From Polyangiaceae bacterium (lineage in GTDB: Bacteria > Myxococcota_A > Polyangia > Polyangiales > Polyangiaceae), in contig JAPSGB010000045.1 in assembly GCA_035063585.1 (NCBI GenBank), positions 1 through 35,697 on the forward strand: a stretch of DNA of 35,697 nt, in the 5' to 3' direction. Numbering within the stretch: position 1 is the stretch's first letter; each line of letters opens with the position of its first letter. Below, piece after piece: positions 10,486 to 19,238 of the stretch. The notes under the pieces are model-generated. The model was not told the origin of the DNA. It worked only from the letters and a program-made list of their open reading frames with translations, and made no database searches. A program made the position numbers and the translations under genes.

Positions 10486-11660
10486 GCCCTGGGCTCCCGT
10501 CCGCCGCTCGCGCGCTCGAGCACCTCGAGAAAGTCCGTCAAGCACACCTCCCGCGAGAAATGCTCGACCGCCGCGCGCCGGGCGTTCTCCTGACATTTCT
10601 CGAGGAATGCCGGCTCGGCGCGGAATCGTTCGATGGCGGCCGCCACCGCGCGGCGGTCATCCGCTCGCACGTTGAGCCCGCACTCGTGCTCCTCGATGAG
10701 CCGCGCCACGTCGTTGTCCCCGTACGTCAACCCGAGCAGCGCGAGCCCGGCCGCCATCATGTACGCCGCCTTGCTCGGCATCGAGACGCCCTCCGCCCCG
10801 CGCCCGAGCGTCACGACGCCCACGTCCCCGCTCGCCATCGCCATCGGCACCCTCTCCGCCGGTTGATACGGGAGCACCGTCACCGACGCGAGCCTTCGTG
10901 CGAGCCCGGCGAGCTCCTCACGGCGCGCGCCCCCGCCGATGAACACCGCTCGAACCCCCGCGTCCGCCGGAAGCGCCTCGAGCGCGCCGACGAGCCCGGA
11001 GAGATCGTGCGTCACCCCGAGGTTCCCTGAATAAAGCAGCGTGAGGCCGCTCATGAGCCCGTGCTCGCGCGCGAAGGGGTTCTCGGCTCTCGCCACGGGG
11101 CGCACCCGCTCGACGTCCACCCAGCTCGGGATGATCCGCGGCGCACGCCTCCCGGCCCGCTGCGCTGCCACCCGCTCCGCCATCACCGGTCCGAGCGTCA
11201 CCACCTCGTCGGCCGCCTCGAACGCGAGCCGATTCAGTCGCCGCCAGGCCGCGGGAATCACGCTGCTCGCGCCGGCGAGCCCCAGCCCCACGAGCGCGTC
11301 CGGATAGACGTCGAGCACGTCGACCACGTACCGCCACCCCCGCCGCCGCTTCAGCAGCCAGGCCAACCACGGCAGCAACGGCGGGTTCGTCGTTACCACC
11401 AGCACCGGGCGGCCCTCCACCCGGCGAACCGCGCGCTCGGCGTCTCTCAAGTACGCGAGCCAGGTACGCGCCCGCGAGCGGTAGGTCGAGTTGTCGTATT
11501 TCGTCGTCTTTCTGACGACTAGCGCTTCGCTCTCCGGCCCGTCGACCGGGCTGCCCGTGACGAGCCACACCGGCCGGCCCTGCTCGCCGCCCGCTGCCGC
11601 CAGCTCGACCAGCTCCCGGCTCACCGCCTGGCTCAGGAAAACAAAGCGCGGGCTCCGCAT
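10482..11660 (-). CDS. Glycosyltransferase family 4 (WcaI-like)
   Basis: TNPPLL, DVYPD, LYSGNLG and SMPSK motifs. Confidence 0.88.
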   Translation of the reverse strand: MRSPRFVFLSQAVSRELVELAAAGGEQGRPVWLVTGSPVDGPESEALVVRKTTKYDNSTYRSRARTWLAYLRDAERAVRRVEGRPVLVVTTNPPLLPWLAWLLKRRRGWRYVVDVLDVYPDALVGLGLAGASSVIPAAWRRLNRLAFEAADEVVTLGPVMAERVAAQRAGRRAPRIIPSWVDVERVRPVARAENPFAREHGLMSGLTLLYSGNLGVTHDLSGLVGALEALPADAGVRAVFIGGGARREELAGLARRLASVTVLPYQPAERVPMAMASGDVGVVTLGRGAEGVSMPSKAAYMMAAGLALLGLTYGDNDVARLIEEHECGLNVRADDRRAVAAAIERFRAEPAFLEKCQENARRAAVEHFSREVCLTDFLEVLERASGGREPRA

Positions 11661-11762
11661 GGCTGAAGGCTGTTTGGATGCTGGAAAACCCTGAGACGTT
11701 CGTCGGGCCGGGCGGTTCCGCGCCGGACCGACAACCTCCGGCTGAGACTCTCTGCCTCAATT

Positions 11763-14054
11763 GTGCGTGAATCTTCAAGCGATCTGCGGCATCACACGCC
11801 GATCGTGACTGGTGAGGATGACATTCAGGGGTCCGGCCCCGGTGAGCGGGGCCCGCTCGGGCGGCGCCGGCCTCCGCTCCTCGTCTTCGCCCGCTACGCC
11901 CGCAAGCACTGGAAGCTCATCGCCCTCAGCACGGTGGCGCTGACGGTCGGGGCCGTCTTCTTCAGCCTCGGGCAAACCCCCATCTACCGCGCGAGCGCGC
12001 TCGTCCAGATCGATCCGAGCACGGCCAAGCCGCTCGGTGACTCCGTGTCCCCCACGGTGCAGCTCGGCGTCAGCTCGTACTACGACAACCTCACCTTTTA
12101 CGAGACGCAGTACAAGATCATCCAGAGCCGCCGCGTCGCCGAGAGCACCGTGCGCTCGCTCGGGCTCGAGCGCGACGCAGGTTTCATGGCCCGGCTCCGC
12201 CCCGGGGAGACCGGCGCGGCCCGCCCGGCGGACATCGCGAGCGCAACCAAGATCTTGATGGCCCACACGGACGTGAAGCCCATCAAGGGCAGCCGCCTGG
12301 TCACCGTAACCTATGAGGATCCCGACCCGGCGCGGGCCGCGCGCGTCCTGAACGCGCTCGTGAACACCTACGTGGAGGGCAACATCGACAACGCGGTCAC
12401 CTCGACCGCGAACGCCTCCGACTGGCTCGGCAGCCAGCTCGGCAAGCTCAAGGATGACCTCGAGCAGAGCGAGATGGCGCTGCACGACTACAAGCAGTCG
12501 AACAACATCCTCTCCGTCTCGATGGACGACCAGTCGAACATGCTCCGCGGCGAGATGCAGCAGCTCAACGCCGCGCTCACGACGGTACAGACGACGCAGC
12601 AGGAGGTCGCCGCGCGCAAGAGCGAGCTCGACAAGATCGACGCGAAGGATCCCGCGGAGCTCCCCGCCCGCGAGCTCCTCCAGAGCGGCCTCCTCCAGCA
12701 GCTCCGCGAGACGTACATCAACGCGACGAGCGATCGCGACGCGCTGCTCGCCGCCGGCCGCGGGCCGAGCCACCCTGAGGTCACGGCGGCGACCGCGCGG
12801 GTCGACAGCGCGCGCGCGGCGCTCCTCGCCGAGGTGAAGAACATCAAGGGCTCCGTCACCAAGGATCTCGCCGCGCTCCAGCGCCAGGCCGCCGGCCTCC
12901 GCAAGCTCTTCGACGCCGCCAAGACCCGCGCGCTCGACCTGAACCTCCGCGAGATCCAGTATAATCGCCTCCTCCGCAACAAGGACAACACGGAGAAGCT
13001 CTACTCGCTCGTCCTCGAGCGCTCGAAGGAGAGCGATCTCACCCGGATGATGCGCTTCAACAACATCAGCGTGGTCGATGACGCGCGCCCGCCGAGCGGC
13101 CCCGTCCGCCCGATCATTCCGCTCAACATCGCGCTCGGGTTCGCGCTCGGGCTCGGACTCGGGGTCGGCACCGCCGCGGCGCGCGAGCTCCTCGACCGCA
13201 GCATCAAGACGCCGGACGACCTCGAGGAGGAGCTCGGCCTCCCCTTCCTCGGCCTCTTACCGCTCTCGTCGGACGTGAACGCGCAGAAGCCGAGCTACGC
13301 CCGGCGACGGCGGCGCGGGCAGGTGCCGAGCGGCGAGTCGCCCCCCGAGCTCGTAGTGCACGACGCCCCGGCGAGCTCGATCGCCGAGGCCGCGCGCGCC
13401 GTCCGCACGAACGTCATGTTCATGTCGCCGGACCGGCCCTACCGGAAGCTGCTGGTCACCAGCGCGAGCCCCTTCGAGGGGAAGACGACCATCGCCTGCT
13501 CGCTCGCCATCACCATGGCGCAGACGGGCGAGCGCGTGCTCCTCATCGACTGCGATCTCAGGAAACCGCGCGTCCACCGTATCTTCCAGCGCGACAACGC
13601 CCTCGGCGTGAGCTCGGCCATCTTGAACCCCTCGGTGCTCGAGGGCGCGGAGCTCGCCACGGAGGTCCCCAACCTCTCCGTGCTGCCGGCCGGGCCGAGC
13701 GTCCCGAACCCGGCCGAGCTCCTGCAGTCGGCGAGCTTCAAGCGACTCCTGGAGGCGCTCGCCGCGCGGTATGACCGCGTGGTCATCGACAGCCCGCCGG
13801 TCGCTCCCGTGACCGACGCCGCCGTGCTCTCTACCTTGGTCGACGGCACCCTGCTCGTCGTCCGCGCGTTCAAGACGACGCGCGAGGTCGCGCGCCAGGC
13901 GCTCCGCGCCCTGAAGGACGTGGGGCACCCGCCCTTCGGAGTCGTCCTGAACGGCGTCGATCTGCGCTCCGCCGAGTATCAGTACAAAGGCGACTACTAC
14001 TTTTACTACTATCGGCACGAGGGCTACGGTTCGACGACGGACCGCCCCGACTGA
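11763..14054 (+). CDS. wzc: Wzc-type polysaccharide co-polymerase / BY-kinase (start may be GTG 11805)
   Basis: Two TM segments around a coiled-coil region, Walker A SASPFEGKTT, A' LLIDCDLRKP, Walker B VVIDSPP and a C-terminal Tyr cluster YQYKGDYYFYYY. Confidence 0.93.
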   Translation: MRESSSDLRHHTPIVTGEDDIQGSGPGERGPLGRRRPPLLVFARYARKHWKLIALSTVALTVGAVFFSLGQTPIYRASALVQIDPSTAKPLGDSVSPTVQLGVSSYYDNLTFYETQYKIIQSRRVAESTVRSLGLERDAGFMARLRPGETGAARPADIASATKILMAHTDVKPIKGSRLVTVTYEDPDPARAARVLNALVNTYVEGNIDNAVTSTANASDWLGSQLGKLKDDLEQSEMALHDYKQSNNILSVSMDDQSNMLRGEMQQLNAALTTVQTTQQEVAARKSELDKIDAKDPAELPARELLQSGLLQQLRETYINATSDRDALLAAGRGPSHPEVTAATARVDSARAALLAEVKNIKGSVTKDLAALQRQAAGLRKLFDAAKTRALDLNLREIQYNRLLRNKDNTEKLYSLVLERSKESDLTRMMRFNNISVVDDARPPSGPVRPIIPLNIALGFALGLGLGVGTAAARELLDRSIKTPDDLEEELGLPFLGLLPLSSDVNAQKPSYARRRRRGQVPSGESPPELVVHDAPASSIAEAARAVRTNVMFMSPDRPYRKLLVTSASPFEGKTTIACSLAITMAQTGERVLLIDCDLRKPRVHRIFQRDNALGVSSAILNPSVLEGAELATEVPNLSVLPAGPSVPNPAELLQSASFKRLLEALAARYDRVVIDSPPVAPVTDAAVLSTLVDGTLLVVRAFKTTREVARQALRALKDVGHPPFGVVLNGVDLRSAEYQYKGDYYFYYYRHEGYGSTTDRPD

Positions 14055-14062
14055 GCGCTCCC

Positions 14063-16597
14063 GTGCCCTCCGAGCGCCGCTCCCCCGAACCCGAGCGGGC
14101 CTTCCTCCGCTCCCGCAGGTTCTGGGCGCTCGCGCTCGTCGTCGCGGGGTCGGCGCTCGCGATCGGCTCGGTGCACCCGGCGGTGTTCGTGGTCGTCGCG
14201 GTCGCCGCGGTGAGCGCGACCGCCTACGCGCTCTTCGCGAGCCGGCGCGCCGCCGCGCGCTCGCCGGCGCTCGTGCTGTTCGGGCTCGCGGCGTTCACGG
14301 CGCTCCAAGCGACCCCCGCGCCGCGCGCGCTGCTCGCGCGGGTCGCGCCGGCGAACGCGTCCATCTGGGCGCACGCGGCCGAGGCGCTCGGCGCGAGCGC
14401 GCCCGCGTGGCTGCCGCTCTCGGCCGATCCGGGCGCGAGCTTCCTCGAGGCGCTGAAGTGGCTCACCTACGGCTGCGTGTTCGTGCTCGGCGCGGCCCTC
14501 GCGCGACGCGAAGGTCCGGTGCCGGGCGCGCTCGTCATCATCGGCACCGCGCTGGCGGTCACCGTGCTCACCTTCGCCCACACCATCGTCGGCGCGACCA
14601 AGCTCTACGGCTTCTACGAGCCCTCCTTCACGCCGCCCGCGTGGGGCCTCGGGCCGCTCCTCAACGCGAACAACCTCACCGGCTACCTGAACGTCGCCAC
14701 CTTCGCGGTCCTCGGGCTGCTCCTCGAGGCCCGCCCCGCGCTTCCGCGGCGGCTCCTCGCGCTGCTCGCGGCGACCTTCATCGGCCTGAACGTCGTCTCC
14801 GCCTCGCGCGGCGGCACGGCCGCGCTGCTCGTCGGTGTCGCGGTGCTACCGCTCGCGCTCCGCGGCGGCTCGCGCGAGCGCGCGCGCTCGCGGCGCACCC
14901 AGGTCTTGGTGAGCGCGCTCGTCGCGCTCGGCGCGGGCGCGCTCTTCGCGGCGCTCGGCTCCACGCGCGCCACCCTCGACGCCCTCTTCGACAGCAGCCT
15001 CGACAAGCTCACCATCCTCCCGGCCGCGCTCGGCCTCACCCGCACGTTCGGCTGGCTCGGCATCGGGCGCGGCGCCTTCGACACCGTGTTCCCGTCCGTG
15101 TGGAGCCGCCCCGGGCTCATGCGCCAGCAGTACCCGGAGAATTTTCTCGTCCAGTGGGTCGTCGAGTGGGGGCTCCCGGTCACCGTGGCCGCGCTCTCGT
15201 GCTTCGCGCTCACCTTCCGCTCCGCCACGGCCGTGAAGCGCCGCCCGCTCACCACCGCCCTCGGCGTCGGGCTCTTCACGCTGCTCTTCCAGAACCTCTC
15301 CGACGTCGCGCTCGAGGTCCCCGCGGTCGCCATCCTCGCGAGCCTCACCCTGGCCACGCTCTGGGGCGCGCGCGAGCCGCGTCGCCGCGACGCGAACGGC
15401 CGGGCGCGCGCGGTCGCCCTCGTCGCGTGCGCGGCGCCGCTCGTCTACTTCGCAGCGACCCGCGGCGTCCACACCGCGTACCGCGACCGCCTGGACGTCC
15501 ACGCCGCGCTCGACGCCGCGTCGCCCGCGAAGCCCGGCTCCTCCGGCGCGGCGGACGCGCTCCTCGCCGCCGCCGTCTGGCGACACCCGGCCGATCCCTA
15601 CTTCCCGATGCTGGGCGCCCTCACCGCGCTCGAGCGCGGGCAGGATCCCATCCCCTGGGCGAACCAGGCGCTCACCCGCGAGCCCGGCAGCGCCCGCGCG
15701 CACCTCCTGGTCGGCTACTACCTCACGAGGCGCGGCGCGACCGGCCAGGGCTTCGACGAGCTCCGCCGCGCGGTCGCCGCCGATCCCGCGCTCGCGGGCG
15801 CGGCGGCCCAGATCGCCGCCTCGCGCGCGCTCGATCCGGCCACGCTCCGCCGCGCGGTGCCTCCGGGCGCCGCGGGCGCGCCGATGCTGACCGCGCTCGC
15901 CCGTGCGCTCCCGCGCGCGGCGCTCGAAGCGCGCGTGGAGCTCATCGAGCGCGCCGTGCGCGAGGCTCCGGGCGCGCTCGACGCGCGCCGCGCGCGGGTC
16001 ACGCTCCTGCTCGGCGCGCTCGAGGAGCCCGGCCCCTGCGCGGGCGCGCGGCGCGCGGCCTGCGTCGACACCCTCACGCGCGACATCGAGCTCCTCATCG
16101 AGCAGGAGCGCGCCTCGACCTTCGGCATCGAGAGCTACGCGCGCCTCTCGGTCGCGCTCGGCGAGCCCGCGCGCGCGGTCGCGTACCTGCGCGCGCGCTG
16201 CGGCCAGTACGACGCGCGCGTGAGCTGCCTCCGGCTCGTCGTCGAGCTGCTCGCGACGCACGGCTCGGGCGCCGAGCTCGCCGCCGCCCTCTCGGAGCTC
16301 ACGAGCGCGGCCTGCGTCGACGGCGCGAGCTGCGCCGCCGCGCACGCGCGCGCCGCCCAGCTGTACCTCGCGCGCCAGAACCCCGCGGTCGCCGCGAGCG
16401 AGTACGCCGCCGCGCTCCGCGCGAGCCCCTCGCCCGAGCTCTGGCTCTCCTTCGCGCAGGCCTCGCGCGCCGCCGGCCACGCCGCCCAAGCCAAGGAGGC
16501 GCTCCTCAGGGCGCGGCGAGGCGCCTCTCCCGCCCTCCTCGCGCGCATCGAGGAGGAAGCAGCGCGGCAGCCCTCGCCGCTGCTCGTTCCACGTTGA
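14063..16597 (+). CDS. O-antigen ligase / oligosaccharyltransferase-like membrane protein with TPR-like C-terminal region
   Basis: About 12 hydrophobic segments with NANNL, SASRGG and GIGRGAF...YPENFLVQWVVEWG (Wzy_C-like), then Ala-rich helical repeats; 8 nt downstream of wzc. Confidence 0.75.
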   Translation: MPSERRSPEPERAFLRSRRFWALALVVAGSALAIGSVHPAVFVVVAVAAVSATAYALFASRRAAARSPALVLFGLAAFTALQATPAPRALLARVAPANASIWAHAAEALGASAPAWLPLSADPGASFLEALKWLTYGCVFVLGAALARREGPVPGALVIIGTALAVTVLTFAHTIVGATKLYGFYEPSFTPPAWGLGPLLNANNLTGYLNVATFAVLGLLLEARPALPRRLLALLAATFIGLNVVSASRGGTAALLVGVAVLPLALRGGSRERARSRRTQVLVSALVALGAGALFAALGSTRATLDALFDSSLDKLTILPAALGLTRTFGWLGIGRGAFDTVFPSVWSRPGLMRQQYPENFLVQWVVEWGLPVTVAALSCFALTFRSATAVKRRPLTTALGVGLFTLLFQNLSDVALEVPAVAILASLTLATLWGAREPRRRDANGRARAVALVACAAPLVYFAATRGVHTAYRDRLDVHAALDAASPAKPGSSGAADALLAAAVWRHPADPYFPMLGALTALERGQDPIPWANQALTREPGSARAHLLVGYYLTRRGATGQGFDELRRAVAADPALAGAAAQIAASRALDPATLRRAVPPGAAGAPMLTALARALPRAALEARVELIERAVREAPGALDARRARVTLLLGALEEPGPCAGARRAACVDTLTRDIELLIEQERASTFGIESYARLSVALGEPARAVAYLRARCGQYDARVSCLRLVVELLATHGSGAELAAALSELTSAACVDGASCAAAHARAAQLYLARQNPAVAASEYAAALRASPSPELWLSFAQASRAAGHAAQAKEALLRARRGASPALLARIEEEAARQPSPLLVPR

Positions 16598-16604
16598 ACC
16601 GGGC

Positions 16605-17393
16605 TCACTCGGCGGCGTCGCGCGCGGCGTCTTCCGCCGTCTGACGCTCGTAGCGCTCGAGGCCCTCGTCGACGCCGCCGTCGAAGTCGAGCGCGCCCGC
16701 GCGCACGATGATGAGCCGCGAACACATCCGGCGCACGAGCGCGGCGTCGTGGCTCACGAAGAGCACGAGCGCGCCCGCGCGGGCGAGCTCGCCGATGCGG
16801 TCGACCGCGCGCGCGCGGAAACCCGCGTCGCCGACCGAGAGCACCTCGTCGACGACGGCGATGTCCGGCTCGAGGTGCGCGGCGACCGCGAAGGCGAGGC
16901 GCAGGTACATCCCGGTGGAGTAGTGCTTGAGCGGCGTCTCGATGAAATCCCCGACGCCCGCGAACTCCACGATGGCGTCGAACTTCGCGTCGACCTCGCG
17001 CCGCGTCATCCCCGCGAGCGCGCCGGCGAGCCACACGTTCTCACGACCGCTGAGCTCCGGGTGGAACGCCGCGCCGGCCTCGAGCAGCGACGACACGCGG
17101 CCGCGGAGCTCGAGCTCGCCCTCGGTCGGCGGCGTGATGCGCGCGACGAGCTTCAGCAGCGTGCTCTTGCCGCTGCCGTTCTTGCCGACCAGGCCCACGA
17201 TCTCGCCCGGCTCCGCCGAGAAGCTCACCCCGCGGAGCGCCCAGAACCAGTCCGCCCGCTCCGGAAAGATGAAGCGGGCCACCCGAACCGGGAGGCTCTT
17301 GGGGTTTGATAGCGCGTCGCGGAATCCCTCGCGGCGACCGGTGCGTCGTCGACGATACCGCTTGCCCACGTTCGTGAGGCGGAGCTGGGTCAC
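16605..17393 (-). CDS. wzt: Wzt-type polysaccharide ABC exporter ATPase, with no C-terminal carbohydrate-binding domain
   Basis: FWALRGVSF, GKNGSGKSTLLK, FHPELSGREN, YSTGMYLRLAF and DEVLSVGD. Start reassigned to GTG 17393, overlapping the upstream stop (GTGA). Confidence 0.92.
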   Translation of the reverse strand: MTQLRLTNVGKRYRRRRTGRREGFRDALSNPKSLPVRVARFIFPERADWFWALRGVSFSAEPGEIVGLVGKNGSGKSTLLKLVARITPPTEGELELRGRVSSLLEAGAAFHPELSGRENVWLAGALAGMTRREVDAKFDAIVEFAGVGDFIETPLKHYSTGMYLRLAFAVAAHLEPDIAVVDEVLSVGDAGFRARAVDRIGELARAGALVLFVSHDAALVRRMCSRLIIVRAGALDFDGGVDEGLERYERQTAEDAARDAAE

Positions 17394-18250
17394 GTCCGCT
17401 CCGCCTCGCCCCACGCGCGCACCCGCCGCCAGGTGTCTCGTCCGGCGCGAGCGAGCGAGAGCCCCGCGCTGAGCACCCCGCGCCACGCCTCATCGGTGTT
17501 GCTGCGCGCCAGCGCGTACGCCGTCTCGCGGTGGCTCTCCCGCCAGCGCTCCACCCGCGCTACGACGCGCTCTCCGCGAAGCCGCGCGGCTCGCGGCGGC
17601 TCGAGCGCGCGGCGGAACGCAGAGAGCGGCGCATCCCCGCCGAGCTGCCGCTCGAGCCAGGTGAGCACGAGCCAAGAGGTCAGCCGGAGCCGCGCATCCT
17701 CCGCGGAAGCGACGACCGCCGCCGGGCTCGTCGCGGCCGCCACGGCGAGTAGGTCTCGCTGGGCGCCCGGGGCGCGGGCGGGCGGGAGCCGATCCTTCAA
17801 GCAGTGCGCCGCGACCACCACGAAGAAGTCCGCCGGACGCGCGTGGATCATGCGCGCGCCGTAGACGTCGCTCCGCAGCTCGCCTCGACGGAAGAGCCGC
17901 CCGCGCTCCCAACGCCCCATCATCGGCGGAAGCACCATCCGGTGCACGTCCACCGGCACGAAGGCGCCCGGTGCCAGCATGACCTTGGTCGAGTAGTTCG
18001 ACGAGAGCATGCGGTAGCCGCTCGCCTCGAGGATCGGGATGACGCGATCGAACGTCCTCGGCGCGACGAGCGCGTCGAAATCGAGCATCGGGCGCTCGGT
18101 CGCGGGCACCCCGTACCGGAAGACGAGCTCGATCCCCTTCAAGGGCATGAGCAGCGTCTCCCGCTCGACGAGCGCCGCGAGCTCGAGGAGGGCCGCGCGC
18201 GCAGCCTGCGCTCGCGCCCAGGTGCGGGCTTGCTCGGGGCTCAGAGACAT
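17390..18250 (-). CDS. Nucleotidyltransferase family protein (NTP_transf_5-like, the type found in phosphorylated-lasso clusters)
   Basis: PLKG...RPMLDFDALV and VDVH motifs; sits between wzm and wzt. Confidence 0.8.
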   Translation of the reverse strand: MSLSPEQARTWARAQAARAALLELAALVERETLLMPLKGIELVFRYGVPATERPMLDFDALVAPRTFDRVIPILEASGYRMLSSNYSTKVMLAPGAFVPVDVHRMVLPPMMGRWERGRLFRRGELRSDVYGARMIHARPADFFVVVAAHCLKDRLPPARAPGAQRDLLAVAAATSPAAVVASAEDARLRLTSWLVLTWLERQLGGDAPLSAFRRALEPPRAARLRGERVVARVERWRESHRETAYALARSNTDEAWRGVLSAGLSLARAGRDTWRRVRAWGEAERT

Positions 18251-18254
18251 GTCG

Positions 18255-19103
18255 TCAAATCCAGTCCACCACGATGAGCTCGAGCCGGCGAAAGAGCAGC
18301 ACCGCGACCGTGAGCACCACCGCGCAGGAGAGCATCGACCACGCGAGCTCGGCGCCGGGCGGCTCGGCCCCGAGCACCGCCGCGCGAAAGCCCGCCATCA
18401 CGGAGACGAGGGGGTTCAGGGCGAGCAGCGCCCGCCACCGCTCCGGCACCAGCTCGCTCGAGTAGGCGACCGGCGTCGCGAAGAGCAGGAGCTGCGTCAA
18501 GAACGGCACGAAATGCCGGACGTCGCGGAACATCGCGTTCAGGACGGCGAACACGATCCCGACCCCGGCGGTGAAGGCCGCGAGCACCACGAAAGACGGC
18601 AGCAGGAGCAGCCATCGACCAGCCGGCGGATACCCCGCCGTCCACGCGAGGCCCAAGAGGAACCCGAGCGCCACCAGGAAATCCACGCTGGTTATGCCAA
18701 GGCTGGAAAATGGCACGACCAACCTCGGAAAGTACGCGCGGCGAAGGAGCGACCCGTTCGCGACCAGAGAATTCGACACCGCCGCGAGCCCCGTGGCGAA
18801 GAACCCCCAGGGAACGAGCGCCGCGAGCGTGTTGAGCGCGTAGGGGCGCCCGCCCGACGGGAGGCCGGCCATGGTACCGAACACGAACGTGAACACCCCC
18901 ATGGTCGCCAGCGGTTGCGCGAGCGCCCACCCGACGCCGACCACGGTCTGCTTGTAGCGGACCTTCACGTCTCGCCACGCCAAGAACCAGAAGAGCCGCC
19001 GGTACGCCCAGAGCTCGGCGGCCTGGGCCGCGATGGGGAGCGGCCGCGAGGTGACGCGGAGCACGCGCCGCCTCCCGCCGCTACCGGTGAGCTCTCGAGC
19101 CAT
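18255..19103 (-). CDS. wzm: Wzm-type ABC-2 polysaccharide exporter permease
   Basis: WRDVKVRYKQTVVGVGWALAQPL, YFPR, FRDV, TPVAY and LNPL motifs. ATG 19103 is the preferred start. Confidence 0.92.
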   Translation of the reverse strand: MARELTGSGGRRRVLRVTSRPLPIAAQAAELWAYRRLFWFLAWRDVKVRYKQTVVGVGWALAQPLATMGVFTFVFGTMAGLPSGGRPYALNTLAALVPWGFFATGLAAVSNSLVANGSLLRRAYFPRLVVPFSSLGITSVDFLVALGFLLGLAWTAGYPPAGRWLLLLPSFVVLAAFTAGVGIVFAVLNAMFRDVRHFVPFLTQLLLFATPVAYSSELVPERWRALLALNPLVSVMAGFRAAVLGAEPPGAELAWSMLSCAVVLTVAVLLFRRLELIVVDWI

Positions 19104-19238
19104 CGCGCGGGCGAACGATGTCAGGGGCGGCTCGCCGAGGCAACCGGCGCGCACGCAAGTTGCCTCTTGCGAGCGGGGTGCCCTCACGGTAGAGCTAGCG
19201 CGAGGCTCACCTCCTCTCAAACGTAGGGGCTCTTACAC

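Noticed and set aside
14407..16644. Long overlapping ORFs (for example 14407-16644 +, 14846-16489 -, 19680-22340 -, 27680-29299 -, 33381-35174 +)
   Set aside because: They are Arg/Ala/Pro-rich shadow frames of real genes, expected in very high-GC DNA, and have no recognisable motifs.
19149..19166. Sigma54-like GG-N10-GC on the minus strand upstream of wzm
   Set aside because: The match to TGGCAC-N5-TTGC is weak and such spacing is common in GC-rich DNA.
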